DNA of 61,851 bases, the filler included. It is 4 parts of 4 records of this genome, joined end to end, with 100 filler letters (N's around TTAATTAATTAA, not from the genome) between each part and the next. Parts side by side here need not be neighbours in the genome. Positions count along the whole stretch, not along the records: positions 54,870 to 61,851 come from SRR22947725_848; 3 more parts are not named here. One strand, given 5' to 3'. The position numbers and the translations under genes were made by a program. Positions 61,576 through 61,851 of the stretch are shown piece by piece (the stretch's first letter is position 1; every line of letters begins with the position of its first letter). The notes beneath the pieces were generated by a model, which ran no database searches, was not told where the DNA came from, and saw only the letters and a list, made by a program, of their open reading frames with translations.

Positions 61576-61851
61576 TTTTAAAACTATTTTTAAGTGTACA
61601 TACAGCAAGAGCAAATCTTAAAGATCTATTCCAATTTAAAATTTTTTCATAGTTTTCAAAAATAATATAAGCTGGAGACAGTGTTTCAGCACCAGGAATA
61701 ATATCTTTATCGGGAATTATTATTGCTGAATTTAAATTATTATTTGCTTTTATAGACTCATGGTTTTTAATATATTTTCTAAAATAGCCAATTTTTTTTT
61801 TATTTTTAATATCACGTGCTGATGAATTAAGATATTTTTTTGGTATATTAT
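61565..61851 (-). CDS. Lytic murein transglycosylase (MltB/Slt35 family), C-terminal fragment (not in the ORF track)
   Basis: Hand translation ...PAYIIFENYEKILNWNRSLRFALAVCTLKNSFKNEI*, matching the MltB N..I..YN.S..YALAV tail; synteny. Confidence 0.85.
   Translation of the reverse strand, partial: NIPKKYLNSSARDIKNKKKIGYFRKYIKNHESIKANNNLNSAIIIPDKDIIPGAETLSPAYIIFENYEKILNWNRSLRFALAVCTLKNSFKNEI

Noticed and set aside
1-61851. CRISPR arrays, IS elements, integrases, rRNA, riboswitches
   Set aside because: None seen by eye, and intergenic spaces are mostly too short. An Rfam/Infernal scan would be needed to exclude small RNAs in 29017-30594, 36022-36180 and 41765-41903.

Overview
The window is not one locus. 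It is four unrelated AT-rich contigs joined by artificial 100-bp spacers (44 N + TTAATTAATTAA + 44 N at 19349-19448, 31735-31834 and 54770-54869). Taxonomy below is inferred from gene order and style, not from searches. Contig 1 (1-19348; possibly a streamlined marine actinobacterium such as Ca. Actinomarina) is a Wzx/Wzy-type surface-glycan cluster followed by a compact PEP carboxylase with no canonical start codon for its first ~210 codons. Contig 2 (19449-31734; gammaproteobacterial, SUP05/Thioglobus-like) carries purL-yebC-nadA-aspS-DUF502-map-htpX, then an accessory islet with an unannotated 48-aa lipoprotein gene, ending in a tRNA 3' end. Contig 3 (31835-54769; SAR86-like) has an RND pump whose adaptor lacks its hairpin and sits behind a perfect TyrR-type palindrome. 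It also has a domesticated lambda O/P-like pair (dopC/dopE-like helicase loader), a DAHP synthase, scpAB-rluB, ubiG-gph-yciK, a three-subunit transhydrogenase, the gyrA-serC-pheA-hisC-tyrA-aroA-cmk-rpsA operon and a partial tRNA-Leu. Contig 4 (54870-61851; Pelagibacter-like) has the alphaproteobacterial mltB-rlpA-dacA-tmk-holB-metG-tatD-MBL hydrolase string and a partial glutathione peroxidase. No CRISPR array, transposase, integrase or rRNA was seen.
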